DNA of 63,997 nucleotides, filler included, from Ionaspis alba (taxonomy: Eukaryota), in assembly GCA_964255285.1 (NCBI GenBank). It is 3 parts of 3 records of this genome, joined end to end, with 100 filler letters (N's around TTAATTAATTAA, not from the genome) between each part and the next. Parts side by side here need not be neighbours in the genome. Positions count along the whole stretch, not along the records: positions 1 to 21,403 come from CAXUUL010000224.1; 2 more parts are not named here. One strand, written 5' to 3'. Below the pieces are notes generated by a model that saw only the letters and a program-made list of their open reading frames with translations, searched no databases and was not told the DNA's origin. Position numbers and translations under genes: made by a program. Position 1 is the stretch's first letter; every line of letters starts with the position of its first letter. This document shows positions 1 to 11,292 of the stretch, piece after piece.

Positions 1-90
1 GGAGGAGGGGGAGGGGGTGCGGGCATGGTAATGCCGTTCGTGTTTCCTAAGAATGTCGACTGTCCGTACAGTGCTCTAATCGCCCAGTAA
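1..90 (+). CDS. Probable 3' end of an upstream gene (Gly-rich tail GGGGGGAGM), partial
   Basis: Frame 1 is open to TAA at 88-90. A possible intron at 28-87 (GTAATG...CTAAT...CAG) sits directly before the stop. Confidence 0.35.
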   Translation, partial: GGGGGGAGMVMPFVFPKNVDCPYSALIAQ

Positions 91-418
91 AATTATACCT
101 GATGTTCTAGCTTGGCGAAGGTGGAAAGCCGCGCTCGAGACAAGCTGCTTTGAGAGGTGTAGTAGCTGAGACTCGCAATTTCTTGGCATCAGTAACATTC
201 AATTCTTGCACGACGGGCCGCAATAATGATCTAACACATGGAGAGATGTCATCGACAATTTACACATGAGCTCCAGAAATGGGTTTATGCTGAAATGCAT
301 TGTATAGTAGTCTATGAACCAGATGCATAATTGATGCCACCCATCAAGTCAAAATACCACCACACTAATGGGTATCTCCGCTAAGGTCCAATTTCCAACA
401 ACGCCGGCGTTCCATCTG

Positions 419-2179
419 TTAAGACGATACCTCGTCAATCGACCTCTTTTTCTTACCTCGATGACCCTCTTCATGTTGCTTCATATGCCGTTGCAAGTGG
501 TCCTTTCTTTGGAACGTCTTCTCGCAGATCTCACATTTTATTCGTGGGCCATCATGATTCTTCCGGTGTTTACTGGCATTGGCGGAGTCTCCTGTCTCAT
601 ACCCACAAATGTCACATTTGTATGTCTTCTCCCCTGTATGCAGTCTCTCATGGCAGTCTGTCAATGACCGAGCGATCAGCCGTGAAGATTCGAATGGTGA
701 CAAGAAGCTTACTCAACGTTGAACGCTGCCTAAACCGCTTGCCGCAGTGAGAGCACTCATACGACTTCTCTCTTGTATGGGTCTGCAAGTGGCTTTCGAA
801 ACTACGTTTATCCTTGAGAAGTCTATCGCATACGTGGCATTGATACGGCCGGTCTATGGGCTGTCAGCTTTTCGTCGTCCATAGTTTTGGTGGAGAAGAG
901 TCATACATCCGGTGTGTATCATTACATGCTCCTTCAAGCTTTGAGGTTGTGAGAAACGGGTAGTGCGTGAGCAGCCGTTCCAAAAGCATAATAGAGAGTT
1001 CAATTTATACGATGAACGCCCTCTGTAGCGACCTTCGCGTTGCCGTGGAGAGAGGTGAACGACCTCGATATGTTCTTGCAACGCTTTGCCATCCTCGCCA
1101 GTAAAAGTGCATGTTGCTTTTGAGTCTTCATCAGTGACCCACTCACATTTCCGATAGAAGTTGTTGCCTTCGATAACACCAATATGGACTGCTGGCGGGG
1201 CTGACTCTTTGGGTACAGGAGATGGCTTAACGAACCGAGCATCGCGAGCTTCGATGGAGAGGTGCTCAGCAGAGATGTGGTTCTGCAGTTGCTCGGGGCT
1301 CATGGGTGCCTTGCTGCAGCTACCCCAGTGGCATTCAACTCCTTGGAATTGGAAAGGGCATTGTACGTAATGCGCTTGCAACTCTCTTTCACTTGTGGCC
1401 ACGAAGTTGCAGCCAAGTTTGAGGCATACGTAGCTGTATTGGGCCGAGGATATCTGGGATCGTTGATGTTCTTGCTGCATATGAGGGATGTATTGGTCCC
1501 AGTCTATAATTTCTCCACATCTCATCGGGCAGTCCTTCTTGGTCTGAGGTATGATATGGTCTTTGTAAACATGTTGACCCATGGACTGCACATCTGGCAA
1601 GGCAACATCGCATTTCCCATCAGTCGACGCCCAAAGACAGGATTTATTTCCAATCTCAAAGTTGTTTACATGGGATCCGTGCTCGGCAAGGTATTGAAGA
1701 TGTTTCCGAGGAGAGCCGAAGAGGCAGATCTGCTTGTGGCAGACCTGGCCAGAACAATTGCCTGTACAATCCCGAGCCACAAGCTCTTCAGCCGGACATA
1801 TTATTTGGGTCTCCTCGGGGCAGTCGTCTGAAGTACAGATTTGTTGCTCGCAGAGAAGAGAATCGCAGGCCGCGTTGGGCACTTGTATGCCAGTCCAGCC
1901 TGACGAAAGTTCCGCCAACGCTTCCGCTGCCAGATGCGGATCTAGAATAGGCACGGAGCCGTTGATTGACGGCGACAAGGTCATTGTTGATCCCGAGGAA
2001 GAAAGTCCATGGTTTGAAGATATAGAAGTGCGGGAGCCTGGGCTCGCAGTCGTGGCAGTCTCGAGGTTTCCATCGACAGCCATGCCTAAGGCGGGGATTG
2101 GTGAGAAAGGATTAAAATCATCCATCGGCCATGAGGGCAAGAGGGTCGAGTAACCCTCATCATTCCAACGGTGTTCCAT
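419..2179 (-). CDS. Multi-C2H2 zinc-finger transcription factor, Zap1/ZafA-like
   Basis: Exons 2179-907, 853-713 and 657-419; introns 854-906 (GTATGA..GCTGAC..TAG) and 658-712 (GTAAGC..GCTGAT..CAG). About 10 fingers, including CxW-type fingers (CLW, CHW, CEW, CFW), HTGEK-type linkers and a TGDSANASKH finger. The ORF-track start at 2257 is a GTG; the first ATG is at 2179. Confidence 0.8.
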
Positions 2180-2663
2180 GATTGTAACTTCCCTCAGACT
2201 CAAGTATGTGAAGTTGGAATAAAAACATTGCGGAGGGGTCGATTTGTGCGTAGGCACTCAATGCTGTAATAATTGTGACATGGGAAGGGTACTCAGATCT
2301 TGGGAGTCTCTGATTGGTCAACATGCATCGCACCTCCCTTCTGCACAAACATCGACAGAGACACCTAGGCTACCCTACAGATTTCTAATTCACGCACTGC
2401 CAGCCGGCTCTAGCTCTGTAGAAGGATTTACTACAATACAGAAGGTCCGGCTATCAGCAGAATAAAGCGACCGTCTCCCACCCAATATACCACCGCACCT
2501 CGCTCGATACTAACCCCACCTTCACTACTTCCAAAACTCTACAATCCTACGAGCCCATCCTTCGTCCTTCGGCTCCAAAACCAAATTCCAACAAACCTCT
2601 CGTCTGAACTTGCTCTTTGACATCCGCAACGGACTCATCTCCGTCTCACCAGCACCCCAAGCC

Positions 2664-3109
2664 ATGGGCAATTGCTTCGGCAAATCATCCTCTCACTCCG
2701 ATACCGAAGCCTTCGCTCAGCCTGGTCGCCGCCTAGACGATACACCCTCCCCCGCGCATTCTACTCCTCCTAAGAACTCCACACGCTCAAAGTTCAGCAG
2801 CCAAGGCCAACCTCTCGGCGGCAGCAGCCCATCACCCGACGTTCTAGAAGCGCGACGCGCGGCTGCGCGAGCTGCTGAGGTATGCTCACCACCTCATACG
2901 ACCTGAACGCTTTCTATGTTTACCTGAGCTGACACTGTTTGATGGTATAGGAGCGAGCAGCGGCTGCCAATAAACCGAAAGGGAAGCTGGGACAGGCGTT
3001 GGCGAAGGAGCGGCAGCAGACAAGGACGAGCACTCTCGGAGAAGCTAGTCGGGAGGAGCGGCGGCGTAGGGATGCAGATCAGGGGACTGAAGCTAGGAAC
3101 TACAACTAG
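2664..3109 (+). CDS. Small lipid-anchored SVIP-like (VCP/Cdc48-interacting motif) protein, 124 aa
   Basis: Exons 2664-2879 and 2951-3109; intron GTATGC..GCTGAC..TAG. The N-terminus MGNCFGK fits myristoylation plus palmitoylation. The spliced sequence RRAAARAAEER matches the VIM consensus R-x5-AA-x2-R. Confidence 0.75.
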
Positions 3110-3306
3110 GTGACGAAGGAGCGTTACGATTCACGTATCATGATTCAGACATGAAATTTGGTGGGAGTCACGATTGCAGGTAGTGCGCGGGAGCCGCTCA
3201 TTTAGCGTATTGGATTCCTGCGAAGGGATATGAGGATTTCAGTGTAGATAGCGCAAGCGTTTAATGGATAAACAGCGCCAGCACAATTCTGTACAGAGAC
3301 AGGTAT

Positions 3307-6300
3307 TTAAACGACATTGTAACGTCCACTAGCAGGTGCTCTGGCATCGCTGTCCGCAGCGGCAATTGTGCCTTCTTTCAGTAGTCGCATGAGCTCTCTC
3401 ATAGCATTGGTAACCACCACTTCCGTGTCGCCCTCCACAAGAATATACAGCTTTGGATTTTCTCCAGCCTGAGGCTCCTTGCCCGTGGCGTAGAAGCTAC
3501 CTTTAGTGGTGATGGAAGTACCTGTCGCTTCGAGAATCTTCGCAACATTGGTACGGTTGGTAACGGCCCAGCGCGCTTTTTCTATGCAATCATTAGCTTT
3601 GATATACTCTGGTAGTGAGGGAAGTGGCATGACTCACGGGGAAAATCGTTGATCTCCAAAGTGGCATGGAAAGCACCAGCATCAGGTCCCTTGTTATCGA
3701 TGGGCACGCCTTGGCGGAGGACACCAGTATTGTTGAGTCGTGTATGGATATTAGCCACAGCTTGACTGACCTTATCGAGAGGGTTTTTGGATGCGCCTCC
3801 AATAGGGACTTCGGTCTTGTGGACTGTGATTTTGCCATCAAGATCAATGCCCTTGGGTACTCCTGCCAAAGGATTAGGCGCCGATGCTGACTGGACTGTC
3901 GATGCGGCTTTGGCAACCAAGTCATCGTCCTTATCTTTCTTGTCTTCTTTCTCGTCGTCTTCACCTTCTTCGCCAGTCTTGAATGTCTTGCGTTCACGAT
4001 TTCGGGCAGCGTCACGCTCCTGATCGAGCCTTTCCAGGCCTTTACCGCCAAACCCAGATCCGCTGACCTTTTCTTTTCCTGACTTGACCTTTTCAACAAA
4101 TCTGTCCACTAGTTTCTGAAGCTCTTCAGGTACGTCTTGTCCACTCTGCCGTAACGCCTTTGCGATATCCAACGAGTACCGTTCTTGATCTTCCGCGATG
4201 AAAGTGACAGCAGTTCCTGTGTTCCCTGCACGACCTGTTCGACCTGCCCGATGAACATAATCCTCGAGATGATTTGGGGCGTCGTAATTGACTACAAGTT
4301 TCAACTGCTTAACATCCAGGCCTCGAGCTGCCACTGACGTGGCAATCATAATGGGTACGACGCCAGCTTTGAAGTCATCGATAGTTGAGTCTCGATCGAT
4401 TTGATCCTTACCGCCATGAATAGACATACAGGGATAACCTTTTCGCATGAGATCTTTCAGAAGTCCATCTGCTGATTCTTGACGATCAACAAAGATCAAT
4501 GCCCGATCATCTTCGTTTTTGTCGTCTTCATAGAGTTTACCGAGCAGTTCCAGCAGTCGAATGAACTTGGTCTCTTCCGATCGAACTTCAACGATCTGGG
4601 TGATCTCGGGTGCGACAACGCTTCGGCCACCAACCACAATTTCGACTGGTTTCGACAGCGTCTTCCGGGCCAACGCTTCCATCTGACGCGGAAAAGTCGC
4701 TGAGAAGAGGACCGTTTGGCGGTCTGGCCTGATGTTCGCGAGAATCTTCATAACTTGAGGCTCGAAGCCCATGTCGAACATCCGATCAGCTTCATCTAAT
4801 ACCACATAAGTCACTCTTCGCAGATTTGTTACTCGTCCCGAATTTGCTGCCAGCAGATCGATCATTCGACCAGGGGTGCAAACGATAACCTCTGCTCCGC
4901 GTTTGAGATCTGCTATTTGATCTTTGATGGGCGCACCTCCATAGGCGCATACCGCTCGAAGATTGAGAGCTTTCAGGAACGGCTTGCACTCCTTGTGTAT
5001 CTGAGTTGCCAACTCTCGAGTCGGCGTCATGATGAGACCAACTGGGCCATCGAGTGTATCAAGCGGCCTTTGATCCTTAATGTGTCTGAACATGGGAAGG
5101 AGAAAAGCGATTGTTTTCCCAGAACCTGTTTTGGCAACGCCGATTACGTCGCGCCCAGACATGATGGACGGAATAGCTTGTGTTTGGATAGCGGACGGTT
5201 TCTCGTATCCGAGCTTTTGAATCACATCAAGAGTTTGAACACCAAGGCCGCATTGTGACCATTTCTGGACAGGTTTGGGCGCATCCACGCCACGAATTTT
5301 GATACCGTCCAGCTCTAACCTCAAATCAGCAACATCCTCTTCCGTCATCTCACTCAATTCTGGAGGCTCGTGATAGAAGCTTTTTCTGAAAGGCTCGTAG
5401 ATCATTTTGGCATGATTGGTTGTAGGCAGGTCTTTCTTCTTGCGCTTGCTTGCCATGGCGAGGATATCATCAGGATCGGCTTCGATGACCTTTAGTTCAA
5501 CGTCGTCATCGCCAAACATTGCCTCAGGCTCTTGAACCTGTGCCTTCTTTATCTTCAAGCTGATCGTTGGGTTTGAGGCATTAGCCGGGTCTGCCATGCT
5601 CGACATGTAAGCATCGAGAGGATCAACTTCTTCGTCGTCCTCTTCTAGATTAACAGTATCTTGTACATCTACAGTGTCTTCCCCGGGATCTTTCATCGCC
5701 GTGTCACCATCAGCCTCAGTTTCCCCGTTAGTCGTGATAGCTTCAGCATCTTCTCCAGTTTGATATGCTAGGTTTTGTGCGTGGAGACGTTCTTCGCGCT
5801 TCTCCGCGGCAGCCCGGGCCGCTGCCGCAGTCTCTTCCTCAGTGCCTGCATCTTGCATGTCGACATCATCGTCATCATCACCCTCGTCATCTTCTTGAAT
5901 ACCGTTAGCCAGTACAGCACCGTCGTTCAAGCCGCCACTCTCGAGGGGTGGGGTAGGTAGCTTTTCTAATTTCTTCCTCGCCCCTTCCTCCTCTCCAAAA
6001 TCAAGTGCACGTTTTGCAGATGGCTTATCATGTTCAAGGCCACCTTTGGCGGCGAGTCCAAATCCACTGACATTGCCGCGAGCTTTAAGGGGTACTGCAG
6101 TATTTGATTCTGTGAGAGTAGTCAGTCAAATATTCGTACGATTTAGAGAGATTTCGTTTACTTCTCAATGTAGTTGCTGAGGCTACTGCATTGTTAGCCT
6201 TCAAACCACTATGCGTAGAGTTCAAGGTAGCGGACGTTTTTGAGATGTCAGGCAAAGCTATATCAGTTCCAAGCTTAGTGATTCCGGTTGAGGCACTGGA

Positions 6301-7155
6301 TGCTTTCTTGACGATAGCCTTAGGATCAAACTTCCCAGCATAGGGGGTGGGAAGAGCGTTTGTATCTGACGATAAATCAGGCAGAGGGGACACCGCTGCC
6401 GCCGGAGATATAGCTGATTTCTTATCTATTTCATCAAGCAAGTTGCGCGCCCCGGCAGCTGACTGTATTTCTTTTTGCTTTTCAGCTGCTTTTTGCTTCT
6501 GCTTCCATGCTTCTAATTTGGCAAGTCGTTCCACTCGCTTCTCCTCATCGCTCTGTCCAATAGGTGTCGTAGGCTTGGATAGCTATGTAGCAGTGAGCGA
6601 CCATATCTGACGACATCAGAACCATTAGTGTAATCAAACTTACCTCGTCTTTACTCTTTGTCACAGTTTTCGGTAGAGCTCGATCCAGGCTGTCTCTCCT
6701 TCTGCCGTTCCGTCGCGAGTCAGTAGATCCATCACGGCGCCGTCGGTCCCGATCACGAGAAATATCTCGCTTCTCACGATGATCTCTATCACGGCTTCTA
6801 CGCCGAGTATCCTTCACAATGTCCCGATCTCTTGATCTTCTTCTTTCTCGAGATCGATCCCGTCGACTTGACCGGTATGAATCACTGTCTCGTCTATCCG
6901 CCGAGCGCTCACGTCGCCGATGGCTGTCTCGATTCTGATATCGACGCTAACATGGATTCGTGTCAGTATCTCCCCGGAATGTGATGAATGGTGATAGCGT
7001 ACCTCCGGACTTCTGGTCCTACTCCTGTGTCTGTGGCTCCGTCCATCATCTCGCCGGCTTCTATCGTAGTAGTCGTCGCCTCGTCTACTCCGTTTAGACG
7101 AGGAATATGAACTGCCTACAGGCGAGGGTGAGCGAGTGTCACCGTGTCGAGCCAT
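3307..7155 (-). CDS. PRP5: Pre-mRNA-processing DEAD-box RNA helicase Prp5 (DDX46)
   Basis: RS/RD-rich N-terminus, DPLD motif, [29 protein letters not shown], and a C-terminal INDFPQKARWAVT KH-like domain. Introns 6947-7002, 6583-6643, 6110-6161 and 3582-3637 restore a continuous frame. Confidence 0.96.
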
Positions 7156-7646
7156 AAGTCCAGGCCAGGTCGGTGAGTACTACTTCAGTATTGAAAGCCT
7201 CAAATTGTTGGAGTACAACCATTCAGCATGAACTAGTTTGAGCTGGTCCAACAATTGCTTTCCCTTGATTAAGTTTGCAAGAAGGAAAAACTGTGAATAA
7301 CCAAAGGGCGGATGTGGAGGAACTGTTGCTAGCCTTCGATATTTGAGGACTGAAAAAGCAGACCCACTAGTCACAGAAGAAGAAGTAAATTCAAATGATC
7401 ATCTCCTCCCTCGATAGTGAATGTGGATAACTACTGCGTAGCCAAAATCCGCGATCCAGCCCTATGACTGTAGCCGCTAGCGTCTCCTGAGTCATCCCGC
7501 TAGCGTTTCCAGCCTCCTGATTTCAGGACCACGCGATCTCGACGAAGCTCTCCCGAAAAGGTTGCCGTTCCATCTCGATAGAGATGAAGCTCAATCATAG
7601 CTCCTAAACCGACCCAACCAACAATTGACATTACAGATTCGCCATT

Positions 7647-8845
7647 ATGAACCATCAATTTGGTCGCAGTGCCTTGCGACTCTATCCAAAGTCACTCCCA
7701 ATCAGTTGTCGCGTCTCCTCTGGTCCCGTCCTCTTCCAACGCGTTTCAGTAGCATATTATACAAAGTCTGGACTCTACAACTTATCAACACGAGAGCAAT
7801 CGAATTCTTCCCCACAGATAAACCTTCGGCGAGACTTTGCCACAAAACCTGTCTCAAGACCAAAAGCGCATACTGGTCGTACCACCAAGTCACCAAGGAA
7901 GAAGAAGTCGGACGTAACGGTATCGATTGGGGAAGGGTCTACTGAGAAAGTGACCGTTAAGGCTAAGAAACCCAAGGCGGCCCCAAAAGCCAAGGCGGAG
8001 TCGAAGGCAAAAGCGAAACCAAAGCCGAAGCCGAAGCCGAAGGCAAAAGCCAAAGCCAAGGCAAAGACAACGCGCAAAGTAGTACGACGAAAGAAGGATA
8101 CTTCGGAGGAAGGACTGGCGAAAGCTGCCGAAGCAAAGAAGAATCTACGTATCCGGAACCTCAAGAAGGCGGCATTGCGGCCTCCCACAACCAAACCGTC
8201 TTCTGCCTTCACGGTCATTAATGCCGAAATCTCCAAAGACGCACATGGTTTGTCCGCAAAGGCCGCATCGGAGAAGTACAAGAACTTGATTCCCGAGGAG
8301 CTCGAGGTAAGCATCACGGAATTCGACATATAGTCTGGCATTTCTGACTAAATTTGTAGCATTACAACCGCATTGCCAACGAAAACAAGCAGGCTAATGA
8401 ACAGGCATACCGTGCATGGATCGTCTCGTTCCCTCCGGACGAGATTCGTAAAGCCAATCTCGCACGCCATATGCTGAAAAGACTGGGTGTGAAAGGCTAC
8501 AATCGCCGCCTTCAAGACGAAAGACAGGTCAAGCGGCCAGTGACGGCACAGAACATGTTCATGAAACAACGGTATTCCACGGGAGACATGCATGGAATGG
8601 CTCTCACTGATGCAACGCGTTTGATTATGAGAGAGTGGAAGGAGCTGCCAGAGACAGAGAAACAGGTGCGTTTGGCTGGCACATGGTGATGTCGTGCAAT
8701 AACTAATGTCAACTTGAAACAGGCCTTCTATGATGAGCAGGCCCGGTCTCGTGAGCGTTATAGCAAGGAATTCGAGGAAGTCTACAATCGACCAAAGCCT
8801 CCGCCGAAAGCCCGTTCACCACCAGCGGCCGCAGCAGCAGCTTGA
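7647..8845 (+). CDS. Mitochondrial HMG-box DNA-packaging protein (Abf2/mtHMG1/HmbB-like)
   Basis: Arg/Ser-rich presequence-like N-terminus, a K/A/P-rich tract, and two HMG-box-like segments (PSSAFTV...YKNLIPEELEHYN; VKRPVTAQNMF...EWKELPETEKQAFY). Introns 8307-8359 and 8666-8722; stop TGA at 8843-8845. Confidence 0.8.
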
Positions 8846-9441
8846 CCGTCGGTACTACCTACCAATATGTGATTGAGTGTAGCTGTTCAATACATGGTTC
8901 ATATTGTTTGTTGAAGATATCAGCCTCCGAGGCCTCGCTACTGGTAAATGGTAGGGTTCTGACTATTATGATATCGGCGAATAGGACATGTGTAAGCCTG
9001 ACACCGTTAGCAGTTGGGTTGTCTTCTTCTCCAGCTTCTCCATCCTGTATATTCCGATAGAGATATCCAAGTGTCGTCCTGGAGGAGTAGCAAAGTATTT
9101 CTTTCTGCTAGATGCTACGTGTATTGTAGTACCTGAATAAAGACGAGGAATACAAGTGTGATTCAATATTTCCCAGAAGTTATCGTGATCCACCCCTCGA
9201 AGGCACGGGGGGCGGAAGAATCGTGGGGAAATTAGTGCAGAGGCAAAAAGCTTGTTCTACGCCACTCGATCGTCTAGGTCACTCGATGCTCTTGAGGCAT
9301 TTCTGTCCACATGTGAAGTCCTTCTTTTATTGAATAGCCTTCAGGTTGAGCTTGACCTGACATGATATAACCAGTCACCTGCCTATAGCTGTACTGAGAC
9401 ACCCCGTGTGCGCTGTTGTCCATGTTTTAGAGCTTTCCAAT

Positions 9442-10454
9442 ATGGTAGAGCCCCATCATCCTTTTGCGCAGTCGTTCGCGACTCGCTATTCCCCTGCAGG
9501 GAACCCTAGACTGGGTTCCCTTCTCACACGCACGCTCGCAAACCAAATATTAACGAAGAGTTTAGGGTTGTTGCCAATCTACACCACGAACCGAAGGTCA
9601 TGCATCTCCATACTCTCCTTCCAACGCACATGGCGACTCATCATCCCGAGCAATCACGTCCATTCCGGCGCCAATCCCGGAAACACATACTCCCCGGACT
9701 TCATCGCAAGTACCAGTCACTCCGCATGGCTCGCGACCTCGAGCTCTCGGCCTTACAGAACAATTCAACCAGCCTTTACGACCGCATGTATGGACCTCGA
9801 AGAAGAAATGTACGCGCAGCGAGTTGGATCGAGAAAGAGAAGAATTCTTTGACACTCGAGTCACGGGAAGAGCGGAGATATGGGCCACGTTGAAGATGGT
9901 CGTGGGATTACTTGCAGAAGGCGATATAGGGACTGCACAAGGTATCCTGGACGCATCAGGCATTACTGTACCCACAGGGGACTTAATAAATGGGGCCTAT
10001 GACGAGGTGGGAAATTTGTATCAGATCCCGGATCATGTGATCAGCGACCCCGTGAATCTCGCTCCTGAGGACACCACGGCTAAGGGGGAGGTTATCGAGA
10101 CGGAAGAGCTGGACGAGGTCGAGGTCGAGCGGCGAAGGGAAGAGAAGGGCAAGTCGGTTCTGAAGAGTGGAGACTTGGTGAAAGTGAAGGCGAGGTTGAG
10201 CGATCGAGGCGGACCTGATGTTGTGGTTGCGCTTTCGAAAGAGGATACCATCAAAGTCCTCATAAGGAAGATCAAGAGTGACGCGGGTGTAAGTGGTTTC
10301 GTCTGCCATCCATCGCCTACGCTGACGTTCCATACAGCTATCCAGTAAAGGAAAACTAAAAATAGCATACTTAGGTAAGATACTTAAAGACAGCGAGACA
10401 CTGCAAGCTCAAGGCTGGCGCGAGGGTCACGTCGTCAATGCACTCGTTCTGTAA
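9442..10454 (+). CDS. Ubiquitin-domain protein, DC-UbP/UBTD1-2 family
   Basis: LDREREEFFDTRVTGRAEIW and ITVPTGDLINGAYDEVGNLY motifs, plus a C-terminal ubiquitin-like domain (IAYLGKILKD...GWREGHVVNALVL). An ATG-only first exon and intron 9445-9565 give an MGCCQS start; second intron 10289-10337. Confidence 0.85.
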
Positions 10455-11292
10455 GAAAATATGAGAGTCATGTTCGGCTCATAGTTCTATACCCTCGCAT
10501 TTGTGTATATGGTGGAGGCGTCTCCGGCGCACATGATTGGACAATGGAGAGGCGCTCTATATGGCATTCTGGGAAGTCTACTCGACATGCATGGCGCTGG
10601 GGGAAAGCTCTTTACGAAAGTGGTCTGTCTTCTTCGATAATGTTTCTTTGAACAAGCAGAGTTTGACAGTAGATTTGATATTCTTGTAATCTATCTGGGT
10701 TGAGAAAATGGTGTGTGATGAACTTATGGCCTTGTATACCGAATCTGTCGACAAAACAGAGCACACGAAAGTGAACCAACCTAATCGCCATTGAGACAGG
10801 AAACACCGAACGTCAATGAGTAGACCGTTCTGATGTAACTGGGCTTGTTGCGCTGATAGGATTCAAATCAAGCTCATAAAATACTTGATTGTACAATTAT
10901 TGTCATCCTTGACCTTGACCGAAAACTAGCGACTAAATACCCGAGGGTTCCTCGGCGAATCTAGCCGGGGGCTGATGGCTGAGGCGGCAGGCAGGGGTTT
11001 TTTGCTATGTGTACCAAGTACGTCTCGGATTCAGCAGTAATTGCTCGAATCTTTCGAGGTACCACGATTAACACCTCATCCCCAAACTTCGAAGCACCAT
11101 GGCTCTACGCTATTACCGGAGACTGACCTTGAATTTGAAGCCCAAACTGGTCAGGTCTGAAAGAACCTAGAAAACTTCAGCGACTTCCTATCTGGATCGC
11201 GACGCTGAACAGTGCCAAGCTGGCTCGTTGCGCACGATCACGGATGAACGAAGTAGACATCGAGAGGCACATACTACTCAGCCAGGCAGCCG

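Noticed and set aside
3180..3240. TPP-riboswitch-like fragment (CCTGCGAAGGGAT)
   Set aside because: It lacks the CTGAGA and ACYTGAT core motifs and has no thiamine-gene context.
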